Assembly (NCBI GenBank): GCA_964016885.1 | Contig: OZ024744.1 | Span: 86,428,001-86,492,000, forward strand | DNA from: Eledone cirrhosa | Lineage: Eukaryota | DNA: 64,000 nucleotides | Direction of reading: 5' to 3' | Part shown: positions 39,981 through 53,470 of the stretch, one piece after another | Position numbering within the stretch: position 1 is the stretch's first letter | How the letters are laid out: each line of letters opens with the position of its first letter | The notes under the pieces: generated by a model | Database searches by the model: none | What the model saw: the letters and a program-made list of their open reading frames with translations, nothing else | What the model was told of the DNA's origin: nothing | Translations under genes and position numbers: made by a program

Positions 39981-42074
39981 ATGGCTACCAAAAAGAAATT
40001 TCATACGTCACTCCCACTCATTCCGTCTTCTTCTTCCTCAATCATCACAACAGCAGAGAGAAGATTGTCTCTCTCCCTCCCTTCTTTAAATGTGTCTCTC
40101 TCCCTCCCTTCTCTTTCGCAAGCGACGAAAGAAAAGAAAAGTCTCGTGCAAAGCGTGCAAGGTTTCTCCACGACGACGACGACAGCGACGAAACAGGTGT
40201 GCGGGAAATACGAAAACCCAGTTCATTCGTCTGACGTCAGGAATAATAGCAGTAGCAGCCGTAATAACAACAGCAACAGTGACAATGAAAACAACAGTAG
40301 CAGCCGCAACAGCATCACCAGCAGCATAAACAACAACAGCATTAGCAGCAGCAACACCAACAACAACCACAGCAACAGCGGCGCAGGCAGTAGTCGTAGT
40401 ACCTGCAGCAACAAAAGTACCAGCAGCTCTGACGACAACAACAACAGCAGAGAAAAACCAATCTCATTTGCAGGTATTGCGAAAAACTTGGAAACAATCC
40501 TCATAACAAATGAGGAATTAGAGGAAGCGAAGAAGATGGTGACAAAGAAAGGACACCGAGCAATCTGCAAGGCAGCGAAAAATTTTTTCGAAACCCAAGA
40601 GCACTGTACGGTCACGTACCGTACAGTAAGTACAAAATCCCGTAGGGTGGAAAGAGCCACAGAGGCCCAAATACAAAAAGCCTTGGGGTCTGTGTGGCAG
40701 AGGAAAACGCACATCACCCGAGGCAAAAAATACGCCACCGTAGACGTACTTTTTGCCACACCCCAGGAGGCAAAGGCCCAATCAGTAGTGACCCTAAGGA
40801 GCGAGGAAATGGTGTTGGTGCCCTCCTACTGCGGGCAAAAAATTGTGAGGGTCAAACTGACCCACGTCCCCCCCGGAATGACCCCTTCTTGGCTGGCCGC
40901 GTCTGTCCTCGTCGGAATCGAGGACAAAACAACTGTACTGCAAGTACAGAAAAAAGTAAGAGAAGATTGGGTCGGCTCCTCCATTGAGATGCTAATCCAA
41001 ACCAACCAGGAGTGCATCGAAGCTATCCCGGATGTGATAGACTTCGATAACGGCACTCAACTGCCCATAAGTGTTGAGGGCAAACGCCCGAAATGCTTTC
41101 GCTGTGGATCGAAGACTCACCTCAGGGCCTTCTGCAACGAGAAGACCCTGAGAAAGGAGAAAACCCCCCTCCTTCCGAATCCGGCTCCACGGCTACCAGC
41201 AACAGGACAAGCGGCAACCAGGAACGATAGGTCCGTGGCACCCATACCCACTCCACGGAAATCAAAGTCAGCAGCAGCAGTGGAAATATTAACAACAACA
41301 ACAGCAATACCAAATGCAGCTGCAACAGAGACTCCAGTGCAAACATCACCAACAACAACAAGTGAAAGAGTGGAGCTGGTACCCCTCCCCGACCTTACAG
41401 AATCAGACATGGAGTGTGAGGTGGGAGAGGGATGGCAAAAGGTCGCAAGAAGGCACAAACGCAGAAGCAGCGCATCGTCGCCTTTGAAAAGGGAGGAAAG
41501 AAATGAGAAAAGGGTAAAGTCTACTGCAAAGAGACCCACAGCAGCAACACCACCAACACCATCACCACCCACACCAGCACCACCATCACCACCGGCGACA
41601 ACCCCACCGCCAACAACACCTTCAACACCACCACCACAAGCACCAACATCGCAAACACAACAACAAAACACACACACCCAGCAACAACGACAAGAAAATA
41701 GCAGAACCACACCCCACCCCCAGAAAAACAAATGCACGGCAATAAACACACACAACAAGAAACTAATGACTTACATAATTGAACACACAGACATTTCACA
41801 ACAGGACTACATAATACCAGCACCAATCAAAACGCCAACTAACATAAGACTGCTAAAAATAGCACAGAAACAATACACAAACATTAAAACGAAATTCCCC
41901 AACGCAGTTGGTGATTTCAGGGACCTAGGAGGAACCATCAATCGAAGAGTATATTCAGACATTCTCTTAGAAGAGCCGACGACCAGCCGAAGGGACGATT
42001 CAACGGTCCCTTCACCAGACGATCAAGTGAAAAGGGATGTAAAAACCATCCCTCCTCTACCAAAAGTACGGTAA
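39981..42074 (+). CDS. ORF1 type B (gag-like, CCHC knuckle, Asn/Ser- and Pro/Thr-rich regions)
   Basis: ATG at 39981 within the open frame 39948-42074. CFRCGSKTHLRAFC is a CX2CX4HX4C knuckle. Confidence 0.9.
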   Translation: MATKKKFHTSLPLIPSSSSSIITTAERRLSLSLPSLNVSLSLPSLSQATKEKKSLVQSVQGFSTTTTTATKQVCGKYENPVHSSDVRNNSSSSRNNNSNSDNENNSSSRNSITSSINNNSISSSNTNNNHSNSGAGSSRSTCSNKSTSSSDDNNNSREKPISFAGIAKNLETILITNEELEEAKKMVTKKGHRAICKAAKNFFETQEHCTVTYRTVSTKSRRVERATEAQIQKALGSVWQRKTHITRGKKYATVDVLFATPQEAKAQSVVTLRSEEMVLVPSYCGQKIVRVKLTHVPPGMTPSWLAASVLVGIEDKTTVLQVQKKVREDWVGSSIEMLIQTNQECIEAIPDVIDFDNGTQLPISVEGKRPKCFRCGSKTHLRAFCNEKTLRKEKTPLLPNPAPRLPATGQAATRNDRSVAPIPTPRKSKSAAAVEILTTTTAIPNAAATETPVQTSPTTTSERVELVPLPDLTESDMECEVGEGWQKVARRHKRRSSASSPLKREERNEKRVKSTAKRPTAATPPTPSPPTPAPPSPPATTPPPTTPSTPPPQAPTSQTQQQNTHTQQQRQENSRTTPHPQKNKCTAINTHNKKLMTYIIEHTDISQQDYIIPAPIKTPTNIRLLKIAQKQYTNIKTKFPNAVGDFRDLGGTINRRVYSDILLEEPTTSRRDDSTVPSPDDQVKRDVKTIPPLPKVR

Positions 42075-42108
42075 GTGGTCTTTCCCATCTTTTCCACTCT
42101 ATTTAAAC

Positions 42109-45100
42109 ATGACCTCACTCAGAATAGGCAGCATAAATGCGCGTGGCTTGGGGTCGTCATGGAAGCAGGGTCACCTGCTCAACGACCTCAGGTCACTAAA
42201 CATAGATGTAGTGGCCATCAGCGAGACCAGAATCTCCGAAGCACGGGCCTTCGCACCGATCTTCGGCGGCTACGATGTGTACGCATCTCCCAGCCGTCCT
42301 GGATCGGGTGGAGGAGTTGCTGTGCTTTTTCGGAGAGGTTTGGATCTCGCCATACGGGCCATCTTCCTGGACCCAGAGGGTAAGCTGGTGGTGCTGGACG
42401 TGACCAGCGGAGACGGGCAAGAGCAGGGCGGCCTGATTTCTTCCGGCGTCTGGAGACCTTTCTTGGAACGTCCCGCTCTTTAGTGTTAGTGGGCGACTGG
42501 AACGGGATCTTAGATGCACGCTGGGACTGTGTGGGATTAGCGGATAGGGGTGGAGGGTGCAAGAGCCTCACCAACCTGCTCAGGCGTTTTGAACTGTCTG
42601 ACAGGTACCGATTGGATTTCCCGAATGTGCCAATGTGGACTTGGACAAACCGCATAGGGTCATCCAGATCATATCTAGATAGAGTATTTTGTAGGGAAAT
42701 AGATAGGTCTAGCATAGGCTGTCCACAATTCAAGATAGTCAGCTACACGGACCACAAATTCGTGACCTGTGTGCTTGACTTAGATAAGCTTCATAGACGA
42801 GGACCCGGCTACTGGAAGCTAAACGCGTCCTTACCAGCGCGCAAGGCCTACAGAGACCGGATTAGCGAACTAGTTAAGCGGGCGTTGACGGGGGCCATCG
42901 TCAACAACAAGTGGTGGTTTGCTCTGAAAAGAGCGATTAGAATAGAATCGATTAGGTTTAGTAAGGCTTTAGCAATAGAGAAAAATAGAGCAGAGGGAGA
43001 ACTAGTTAGAAAATTAGACGAGGCGCTTAGCAAAGGCATTGCGACCGACGTGCTTGCGGCGAAATTGGCCCTTGACCAATTCTTCAATGCAAAGCACGAA
43101 GGCTGCGTTGTCAGAGCTAGGGTGCGTGCTCTCAGACACGAGGGGACGAAAGCCGTTCAATGGGCCCGAGTGGCGGAGGCGCGTCGTGGCAACAAAGCCA
43201 CGATCCGGTCTTTGGTGGACCACGACGGGCGCATGCTACTCGATCCCGGGCAAATGTGTGAAGCTTTTCAGCGACACTTCGCTCAGCTGTTCGGGGGCAG
43301 CGGGGGGCCGGGTAGAGGGATGGACTTTAGTGTCTACCTCGACGGACTGCCGCGGCTCTCGGCCACTGAGGCGAAGTGTTGCGAAAAGCCGATAACAGCC
43401 GCTGAAGTACGGGAGGCAATGACTGGCTGCACAAGGGGTAAATCGCCTGGTTTGGATGGTCTGCCCTATGAACTTTACGTACAGATGCCAGACTTGTTCG
43501 GAGGCCTCTTGGCGGATGTCTACTGCAACTGGCAACAGAACGGGAGAATTCCCAGTTCTGTGAGCCGAGGAGCGGTGGCACTGCTGAGAAAGGATCCGAA
43601 CAAGGGGGATAACATAGACAATTTCCGGCCCATAACTCTGCTAAACACAGAGTTTAAGATTTTGGCCAAGGTGCTAGCAAAGAGGTTGGCGCTTGTCGTT
43701 GGTGGTCTGGTGGGAGAGGCGCAGACATGCGCCATTCCCGACAGATCCATCCACGACAACCTCCACCTCATGCGATACATCGTAGAGAGGGTAGCTAGGG
43801 AACCTGGCACGGGTGGGTCCTTGATCAATTTAGATCAGTCGAAAGCTTTCGATAGGGTCGACCATCGTTACCTAGCGGCAGTCCTGAGGGCGGCTGGCTT
43901 TGGGCCCGTCTTCAGAGGCTGGATCGCTGCCATGCACAGCGACATCTGCTCTGTGGTGAGAGTGAACGGTCACCTGTCGGAACCGTTCAACATCATGCAC
44001 TCGGTCCGCCAAGGATGTCCCCTCTCGTCCCTCTTGTACGTATTGACTCTCGAGCCATTACTGCACAAACTGGAGACGTTGAGGGGAGTCCCGCGCGAAC
44101 TAGGATGCGGAAGATCCGTGTCAGCATATGCCGACGATGTCACCGTAGTGGTGTCGAACGCCAAACACATCGAGGCGATCGGCACTACACTAAGAGAATA
44201 CGAAGCGGTGACAGGAGCAATGATCAACCAGGAAAAGTCAGTGGGCCTGCAGCTCGGCACCTGGAGAGGCAGGTCCATGCCGTCCAACAGCGTCGTCGGG
44301 CGCTGGACGGACGGACCGGTTAAATTGCTAGGGGTCTGGTTCGGTCCGGACCTCCAGACGGACAAAAACTGGGACGAGGTGACGAGCAGGGTGGCTTCTC
44401 TCACCCAGAAATGGGCGGAGAGGAAGCTATCCCTGAAAGGTCGAGCGGAGGTGGCTAACGCGTACATCGCGTCTGTCATCTGCTACCGCCTAACCGTCGT
44501 ACCTTGTCCTAAGCCTCGCCTGACTGCGCTGGAGCGTTTGCTCTTTCGCTTTTTGTGGAAGGGACGTGCTCCGATGGTCAGGCGGTCCATCTGTTGTCAA
44601 CACCCGCTACGTGGAGGGCTGGGCATGCCGTGGCTGATGATGCGCAGGCACGCGCTCAGGCTACGACATCTCCACCTCTTCCTCGACGGTGATCAGGTGT
44701 GGTCGCCGTTTGCTAGACGCGTTTTTCCCCAGCTCGTTTCCTTGACGGAGCTGCAGTCCTGGGTCAAGCGAAGACCGAGAGGGAGCGCCTGGAGACTGGA
44801 ATGTCTTCAGGCGCTCACAGCCCTCGACCAATCGGGCAATGTGATCGGTGGAAACTCCACCTCGGCGTTCTATAGAGGATTAGTGGAGGGGAAGAGCGAC
44901 GACGTACTTGGGGAAACTCTAGGCGTCGACGAAAATCAACTAGCCAATCTCTTCGGAAGAACTTTCGGGCCAGGGCCTATGGACAACTTCCAGAAATCTC
45001 TGGCCTGGCAGTGCTACCGAGGAGCCTTGCCAGTTCGGGATAAACTCTACAGGCATGGAGGTGCCGTCATCCGGGCATGTCCGAGATGCGCGCAGGGCGA

Positions 45101-45494
45101 CGAAACCGTCCTGCACGCACTCGTCCAGTGTCCGAAAATTGCTGACTTGTGGGTTTATGTCGAACACCTGCTGTCGCGTTTAGGACGGATCCAGCTATCA
45201 TCTGAGTCTATCGTGAGGATTGCCCCGCCCTCCTCCTTTAGCCGGGAAGGGCAGGCAGTTTTTATCTGTCTGGTGGCCATGGCGAAAGAGATAGTATGGT
45301 GGACACGTTTGAAAGGGCTGAAGACGAGCACTTACCTCTTCGGTGATGCTCTGATTGACTTTTTCAAATTTCATTTGAAAAGGAAAATCAGAGTAGAGAA
45401 GGAAGTGCTCTCTTCCCAGCATTTTGTTGAAAGATGGGTGAGAGAAGCAAGAATGGCCCGAGTGAATGGGCCGACTCTGAGTATATATCTGTAA
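42109..45494 (+). pseudogene. ORF2 (APE-RT) frameshifted by a 34-bp deletion at ~42421
   Basis: Span is 3386 nt versus 3420 nt in the intact copies. The missing segment is CTTTCAGG..GCCCCGACAGG, which encodes the VYAP motif. Confidence 0.92.
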
Positions 45495-45755
45495 ACTAAA
45501 GGTGGAAAACTGGGAGAGGGCACTTGCCTTGGTGGTCAGGGTCATTGTGGCTTTTTACTGGGCTTTCTCCACAAATGTCCCTCCGAAGTCTCCCCCCTAT
45601 TGGGGAATTTTTCATTGTTATTTTCATTGTTATTTTTGTTACATCCTCTATTTTTGTTTTTTTTACACGCAGAAATGCCCATTTGTACCGTCCTGCATTG
45701 TCCTGCACTGTCCTTAATGTCTACTTTATGTAAACCCTTGTGGTTAATAAAGAAA

Positions 45756-45810
<55 letters not shown>

Positions 45811-47728
45811 GCATTTATCTTGCTTTATGTTCATACGAGTTATCACCAAGTCACAACCAGTGACCTCAAGAGACAACAAGGTCCGCCATGTTCAAGAAAG
45901 AACATACATATTCACACATGCATCTTTAGTGTTTAGACTTGTGATGTACTTATATTGACAGAATCTTCCTTAGCATGTGAGCAGTTCCCATTAGTACTAT
46001 GTTTTGTATTTCTCCTATACGCGGGTTTACTGGGATTTGCGATAAGTAATCATTAGACCTCTTAGGTATCATTCCTAGAGCGCCTACAACCACTGTTCTC
46101 AATTTCCACATTTTTCCAATTTCTATCTCCAGGTCCTTATACTTGCTCAATTTTTCAAATGTTTTTATAGATACATTCTTGTCTATTGGAACGGACATAT
46201 CAATTAGCAGGCATACCCTCTTTTTAAAGTCCTTCAATATTATATCAGGTCTATTTGCATCTATTTTTCGGTCTGTTTGGATGCTAAAGTTCCACAAGAT
46301 TGAGATGTGATCTTTTTCTAGTATGGGAGGTGGCTGATGCTCCCACCAATTCTTTTGATGGGGCAGGTCAAAATGCTTACACATTATCCAATTATTGTGC
46401 AGCTCTGTCATGCATGTTTAGGTATTCGGTTGGAGCTATAGGACTGCACATTGAAATTATATGATCAATAGTCTCTGGTTGTTTTTTACATACACAGGCA
46501 TAATGGGTTGCATCCATTTTTTATTATGTTGGCTTGGTAATTTTTTGCTGGCAGACACTGATCTTGTGCTGATATAATCAGTCCTTCAGTCTCCGATTTC
46601 AGTCCAGAGGATGCCAACCACTGATGGGTTAAAGTTTTGTCAACATCAGGATTGTTAGCTCTTTCTGGGTATCTTTCCATACAGAGGCTTTTCTTGCCAT
46701 TTCTTAGCCAGTTTCTGTAGCAGTTCTTTCTTTGCAGTTACTTTTACCTGCTTTGCTTTTTCTGTGTTTTCCATTTCAGCAGTAAATGGGACTTCTGAAA
46801 TTTGTAGTCCATTACTGTATCTTTGTGCATCATTTGTAATGGAATATGATCTGTTGATGCTTTCTTGTTTCAAAACGAGTTTGATCATCCAATCGTGTGA
46901 TTCCCTTAGATATGTAGATAATCCAATTGTTGCAGTTTTCAACGCAATATCTAACTGGATTAACCCACGTCCTCCTTCTTTCCTAGGGAGATATCTTCTA
47001 TCTATATCTGCCTTAGGGTGATGTATTCTGTGCCTTGTCAAGAATTTTCTAATTTTTGTATCGAGCCTACGGATCTCTGTGCTTGACCAGTTGATGACAA
47101 TGTAACTGTAGGTTACTACTGGTATGGCAAGCCTGTTTATGGCACCGCTCCTATTCATTGCATTCAATTCCGTTCTTAAGATGGCTCTTTCTCTGCGGTA
47201 ACATTCCTTCCTTATCCTTTCCCTCATTGTCGAGTGCTTGATTCCGTCTCCTTCACAAACACCTAGATATTTGTAATTTTCTGCTTGATCAAGTTTTCTT
47301 ATCACATTCCCCCGATCAAGATTAATGTCTGAACTTTTCAGCAGCTTTCCTCTTGTGAACGTTGCTTTGGCGCATTTATCTAGTCCAAAATCCATTTTAA
47401 TGTCATCACTGAACCGCTCCACAGTCGATAATAGCCCTTGCAATTGTTCATCATTTTTTCCAAATAGTTTCAGGTCATCCTTGTAGAACAAGTGATTAAT
47501 GGTTTTGTCATAGACTTTATATTCATGTTTTGTTTTATTGAGCATTTTACTTAATCTAATGGTATAAGTGCGATGCAGAATAAAAGCGATGATTAAGAGT
47601 CACCCTGAAAAATTCCACAATTAATATTAACTTCTCCAGCTTCCAGTGATTTTGTTTCACTATTCAAAAGGAGTGTCGTTTTCCATGTCTTCATACTGAA
47701 TGACAAGAACCTCCTGACAACGGGAGAT
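45811..47728 (-). mobile_element. R4/Dong-clade RLE LINE, family Y copy 1, 5'-truncated and decayed
   Basis: CGIFQGDS, HLFYKDDLKL, YKYLG, EGGRGL, AQDQCL, NRPDI, LIDMSVP, EKLSKYKDL. The 3' end abuts (TAA)n. Confidence 0.92.
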
Positions 47729-47743
47729 TTATTTTTATTATTA

Positions 47744-50700
47744 ACCAACAGCAACATCGACACCACCTCCACAATCCCCGAAACGCAAACAACCTAAACA
47801 AACACAAGTACAAATAAACACACAAATACCTGAAATTGCAGATACCACACCTACAACAAACATAGACATACCCGAAACAACACCACCAAAACCATCACCA
47901 CCACCTTCACCAAAACGAAAACAAATAAAACCACACCAACAAAATGTTAAAAACTTCGTGCTTGTCAGAAGGGCCAACCATAAACTGATGGACCTCTTAG
48001 CACGAAGCGAGGACATTCAAACAGAGGGGGAGATTTTTGAAATGAGCACATTTTGCATGCCAGAAGATTTGCTTCTGGTCCGAATGTCACTCAATTCCTT
48101 CAAAGAAATTCGAGAGAGCTTTCCTCAAGACGTGGGAACCCCGAATGTGAAACCCACATCAAGACTTTTAAAGGGGTTCCCAAAAGAAACCCCACCAACC
48201 ATGGAGGTCGAACCACCCGACCTTCACAAGACCCGGGAGGTAAGTAAACCTTCCCTCTCTCTCTCTTAGCTTACCAATGTGGCTATATTAAGAGTAGGAA
48301 GTTTAAATGTTCGCGGCCTGGCGTCACCCTGGAAGCAGGGTCGCCTGCTCAACGACCTCCGGTCACTGGAAATGGATGTGATTGCCGTAAGCGAGACCAG
48401 AATTTCCGATACGCGCGCACTAGCCCCCATTTTCGACGACTATCAGATCTTCGCATCTGTTAGCAGGCCGGGAATGAGGGGTGGGGTGTCAGTGCTGTTT
48501 AGGAAAGGACTAGATCTCGAGGTAAGGTCGATCTTCGGGGACCCGGACGGTAAGTTGGTGGTCTTGGATGTGAGCAGTAGCGAAGGTGGTGCTTTTAGAC
48601 TGCTGGCCGTCTACGCCCCCACAGGGGCCGGACGACCTGACTTCTTTAGGCGCCTGGAGACCTTTCTGGGTACGTCTCGCCCTTTACTGTTAGCGGGGGA
48701 CTGGAATGGAATCTTAGACTCACGCTGAGATTGTGTGGGAGTAGCCGATAAGAGCGGGGGGTGCAAAAGCCTCAAGCACCTACTCAGCCAGTTCCAACTG
48801 TCTGACAGGTATCGACTAGATTTCCCCAATGTGCCAGTATGGACATGAACCAACCGAATGGGGTCATCTAGATCGTATATAGACAGGATCTTCATTAGGA
48901 AAATAGATAGAAATAGTGTGGGCTGTCCACTTTTTAAAACGGTCGCCTATTCAGATCACAAATTTGTGATCTGTACGGTCGACCTAAATAAAACGCGTAG
49001 GTTAGGACCGGGTTACTGGAAGCTGAACATGTTATTTCCGGCACGTAAGGCTTACAGGGACCGAGTCAACAATTTAGTTAAGCAAAAGTTGAAAGGGGGA
49101 TCATGAACAACAGATGGTGGGTGGCTCTCAAAAGAGAGATTAGAGTAACTTCGATAGAGTTCAGCAAAGAACTAGCGTTAGAGAAAAATAGAAAGGAGGG
49201 GAGCTTGTATATAAGTTAGACGAGGCTATTTGTAGTGGCATCGCAACTGACGTGTTAGCGGCGAGAATGGCATTAGACGATTTCTTCAATGCCAAACACG
49301 AAGGTTGCATTGTCAGAGCTAAGGCGCGTGCGCTGAGAAACGAGGGAACTAAAGCTGTTCGATGGGCCCGCGTGGTGGAGGCGCAGCGTGGTAATAAAAC
49401 CACAATTCGGTCTTTGGCGGACTGAGACGGACACGAGATAAGCGATTCCAAGGGGATGTGTGAGGCCTTTCGCCAGCACTTTGCTCGGTTGTTCAGAGAG
49501 AGTGGCGAGTCAGAGAGAGTAGCGGATTTCAGTCCCTACCTTGACGGCTTGCCGCGCATCTCGACGGTAGACGCTGAGCGCTGCGAAAGGCCGATTACTT
49601 CAGCCGAAATTCAGGACGCCTTTGTCGGCTGCATGAGGCGCAAGTCACCCGGTTTGGATGGCCTGCCCTACGAGCTTTACGTAAATATGCCAGACTTGTT
49701 CTCCGAACTCCTCGAAGCACTCTACTGCAACTGGCAGCAGAATGGGAGTATTCCCAGTTATGTAAGCAGGGTAGTGGTGACGCTGATAAGGAAAGACGAG
49801 AACAAGAGGGTCACATTAGACAACTTCAGGTCCATAACTCTGCTCAACACAGAGTTTAAGATTTTGGCCAAGGTGTTAGTAAAGAGATTGGCGCTTATCG
49901 TCAAGGATTTGGTTGGGGAGGCGCAAACTTGCGCAATCCCAGCCAGGTCCATACACGACAATCTCCACCTCATGCGATACATCATAGAGAGGGTAGGGTG
50001 TAAACCTGGCTTCGGTGGGGCACTGATCAATTTAGATCAATCGAAAGCATTCGATAGGGTCGACCATCGGTATCTGGAGTTTGTCCTCAAAGCAGCTGGC
50101 TTCAGCCCTGTCTTCAGAAGCTGGATCGCTGCAATGCACAGCGACACATGCTCGGTGGTCAAGGTTAATAGCCACCTCTCGGAACCATTTCGGCTCTCCC
50201 GATCGGTCCGTCAAGGGTGCCCTCTCTCTTCCCTTCTGTACGTATTGACTCTCGAGCATTTTCTGCGGAAGCTGGAGCTGTTGCAGGGCATCCCACTCGA
50301 ACCGGGACGTGGAAAGGCGGTGTCGGCTTATGCGGACGACATCACCGTGATGGTGTCGAACACCTCAGAAATCGAGGTGGTCGGCACCTTATTGAAGGAA
50401 TATGAAAGGTTGACAGGAGCCAAACTTAACTCGGAAAAGTCGGTGGGCTTGCAGCTCTGAATCTGGAGAGGCAAGCCCAACAGCGTCGTGGGGCGCTGGA
50501 CGGACGGACCGGTAAAGTTGCTCGGGGTTTGGTTCGGACCAAACCTCCAGCTGGAGAAGAATTGGGACGAGGTAACGAGCAGAGTAGCCAGTCTCACCCA
50601 AAAATGGGCTGGGAGGAAGCTATCACTGAAAGGTCGCGCGACGGTGGCCAATGCGTACATCGCGTCCGTCATCTACTACCGCCTGACCGTCGTGCCTTGC

Positions 50701-51966
50701 CCCCGTCCGCGCCTCGTCAAGCTGGAACGCCTCCTCTTCAAATTCTTGTGGGGGGACAAGTTCCGTTGGTGAGGCGGTCCATCTGCTGCCAGTACCCTCT
50801 ACGCGGTGGGCTGGGCATGCCGTGGCTAATGATGCGCAGACATGCGTTGAGGTTGCGACATCTCCAGATATTCTGCCTCAACGGTGAACAGGTGTGGTCG
50901 CCGTTTATCAGACGGACCTTTCCGCAGCTCATTTCTTTGACTGAGCTGCAGTCCTGGGTCAAAAAGATACCGAGACTGGGTGACTGGCACCTGGAATGTT
51001 GCCAGACACTCACTGCCCTCTACCAAGCGGGCAATGCGATCAGTGGAACTTCCACTCTCGAGTTCTATAGAGGATTAGTGGTGGACAAGTGCGATGACGC
51101 ACTCGGAGAAGCTTTGGGCCTCGACGAAGTCGAACTGACCAGTCTATACCGGAGGACTTTTGAGCCGGGGACTATGGACAATTTCCAGAAATCCCTCGCT
51201 TGGCAGTGCTACCGGGGGGCACTGCCGGTTCGGGATAAACTCTACAGGCACGGAAGTGCTGTCAGACAGACCTGCCCAAGATGCGCACAGAACGACGAAA
51301 CCGTTCTGCACGCACTTGTCCAATGTCCGTGCATTACTGACTTGTGGAGTTATGTCGAACAGCTATTGTCGCGTGTAGAACGAATCCGGCTATCGGCCGA
51401 GTCCATAGTGAAGATCGATCTACCGCCTTCCTTAGGTCAGGAAGAGCAGGAAATTTTCTTCTGTCTGGTGGCAGTTACGAAAGAGATTATATGGTGGACC
51501 AGGTTGAAAGGACTAAAGACAGACACTTTTCTCTTCGGCCAATCCCGCATCAACTTCTTCAAGTTTCACCTGGAAAGGAAGGTGAGGGTGGAGAGAGAAG
51601 TGCTGCCCCCCAGTACATTTGCTAAAAGGTGGGTGAATGTGGCGAGAATGGCTCGTGTGAATGGGCCTACTCTGACCATGCGCCTATAGGCTGGCTAACT
51701 TGAGGAGAGGGGTGCTCTCCCTGGGTGCCCTAGAAGCGCAGGGTGGTTCAGGATTGGTGGGGTACCCGAATCACCCCAGGGTCGTCCACCCCCTATCGGG
51801 GAATTTATTTATTATATATATGCATAGTTTATTTTATATTTTTATATTTTCATTGTTAAATTAGTCTTGCCACTGTGCACTTTTACTCGACCTTATTGTA
51901 AACCACCACTGTCCCTGTCTTTGTATTGTCCCCTACATGTCGGCCCTTGTGGCTAATAAATGAAAT
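47744..51966 (+). mobile_element. L1/Tx1-clade LINE, divergent type D, 5'-truncated within ORF1, decayed
   Basis: ORF1 tail to 48269 and ORF2 pieces 48279-51689 with stops and frameshifts (GSLNVRGL, GDWNG, YADD, CPRC..HALVQC). Distinct 3'UTR, with (TTA)n at 51967-51983. Confidence 0.92.
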
Positions 51967-51983
51967 CATTATTATTATTATTA

Positions 51984-53470
51984 CAGTTGCATTTATCTTG
52001 CTTTATGTTCATACGAGTTATCACCAAGTCACAACCAGTGACCTCAAGAGACAACAAGGTCCGCCATGTTCAAGAAAGAACATACATATTCACACATGCA
52101 TCTTTACTGTTTAGACTTGTGATGTACTTATATTGACAGAATCTTCCTTAGTATATGGGCAGTTCCCATTAGTACTATATTTTGTATTTCTCCTATACGC
52201 GGGTTTCCTGGGATTTGCGATAAGTAATCATTAGACACCTTAGGTATCATTCCTAGAGCGCCTACAACCACTGGTATTGTTTTAGTTCTCAATTTCCACA
52301 TTTTTCCAATTTCTATCTCCAGGTCCTTATACTTGCTCAATTTTTCAAATGTTTTTATAGATACATTCTTGTCTATTGGAACAGACATATCAATTAGCAG
52401 GTATACCCTCTTTTTAAAGTCCTTCAATATTATATCAGGTCTATTTGCATCTATTTTTCGGTCTGTTTGGATGCTAAAGTTCCACAAGATTGAGATGTGA
52501 TCTTTTTCAAGTATGGGAGGTGGTTGATGCTCCCACCAATTCTTTTGATGGGGCAGGTCAAAATGCTTACACATTATCCAATGTATGAATTGTGCAGCTC
52601 TGTCATGCCTGTTTAGGTATTCGGTTGGAGCTATAGGACTGCACATTGAAATTATATGGTCAATGGTCTCTGGTTGTTTTTTGCATACACGGCATAATGG
52701 GCTGCATCCATTTTTTATTATGTTGGCTTGGTAATTTTTTGTTGGCAGACACTGATCTTGTGCTGATATAATCAGTCCTTCAGTCTCCGATTTCAGTCCA
52801 GAGGATGCCAACCACTGATGGGTTAAAGTTTTGTCAACATCAGGATTGTTAGCTCGCTCTGGGTATTTTCCATACAGAGGCTGTTCTTGCCATTTCTTAG
52901 CCAGTTTCTGTAGCAGTTCTTTCTTTGCAGTTACTTTTACCTGCTTTGCTTTTTCTGTGTTTTCCATTTCAGCAGTAAATGGGACTTCTGAAATTTGTAG
53001 TCCATTACTGTATCTTTGTGCATCTTTTTTAATGGAATATGATCTTTTGATGCTTTCGTGTTTCAAAACGAGTTTGATCATCCAATCATGTGATTCCCTT
53101 AGATATGTAGATAATCCAATTGTTGCAGTTTTCAACGCAATGTCTAACTGGATTAACCCACGTCCTCCTTCTTTCCTAGGGAGATATATTCTATCTATAT
53201 CTGCCTTAGGGTGATGCATTCTGTGCATGGTTAAGAGTTTTCGAATTTTTGTATCGAGCCTACGGATCTCTGTGCTTGACTAGTTGATGACATTGTAACT
53301 GTAGGTTACTACTGGTATGGCAAGCGTGTTTATGGCATCGATCCTATTCCTTGCATTCAATTCCGTTCTTAAGATTGCTCTTACTCTGCGGTAACATTCC
53401 TTCCTTATCCTTTCCCTCATTGTCGAGTGCTTGATTCCGTCTCCTTCACAAACACCTAGATATTTGTAAG
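51984..53470 (-). mobile_element. R4/Dong-clade RLE LINE, family Y copy 2, 5'-truncated
   Basis: Open frame 52128-53228 with CRVC..ETIDHIISMC, RHD, RPD and IDMSVP..EK. The 3'UTR is nearly identical to 45811-45950. (TTA)n lies at 53472-53493. Confidence 0.93.

Larger units (their letters stand above)
39768..45757 (+). mobile_element. L1/Tx1-clade LINE, type B copy 1 (full length)
   Basis: Starts GAATGCCATGG after (TTA)n. ORF1 is intact, ORF2 has a 34-bp deletion, and (TTA)n follows at 45758-45810. Confidence 0.95.
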
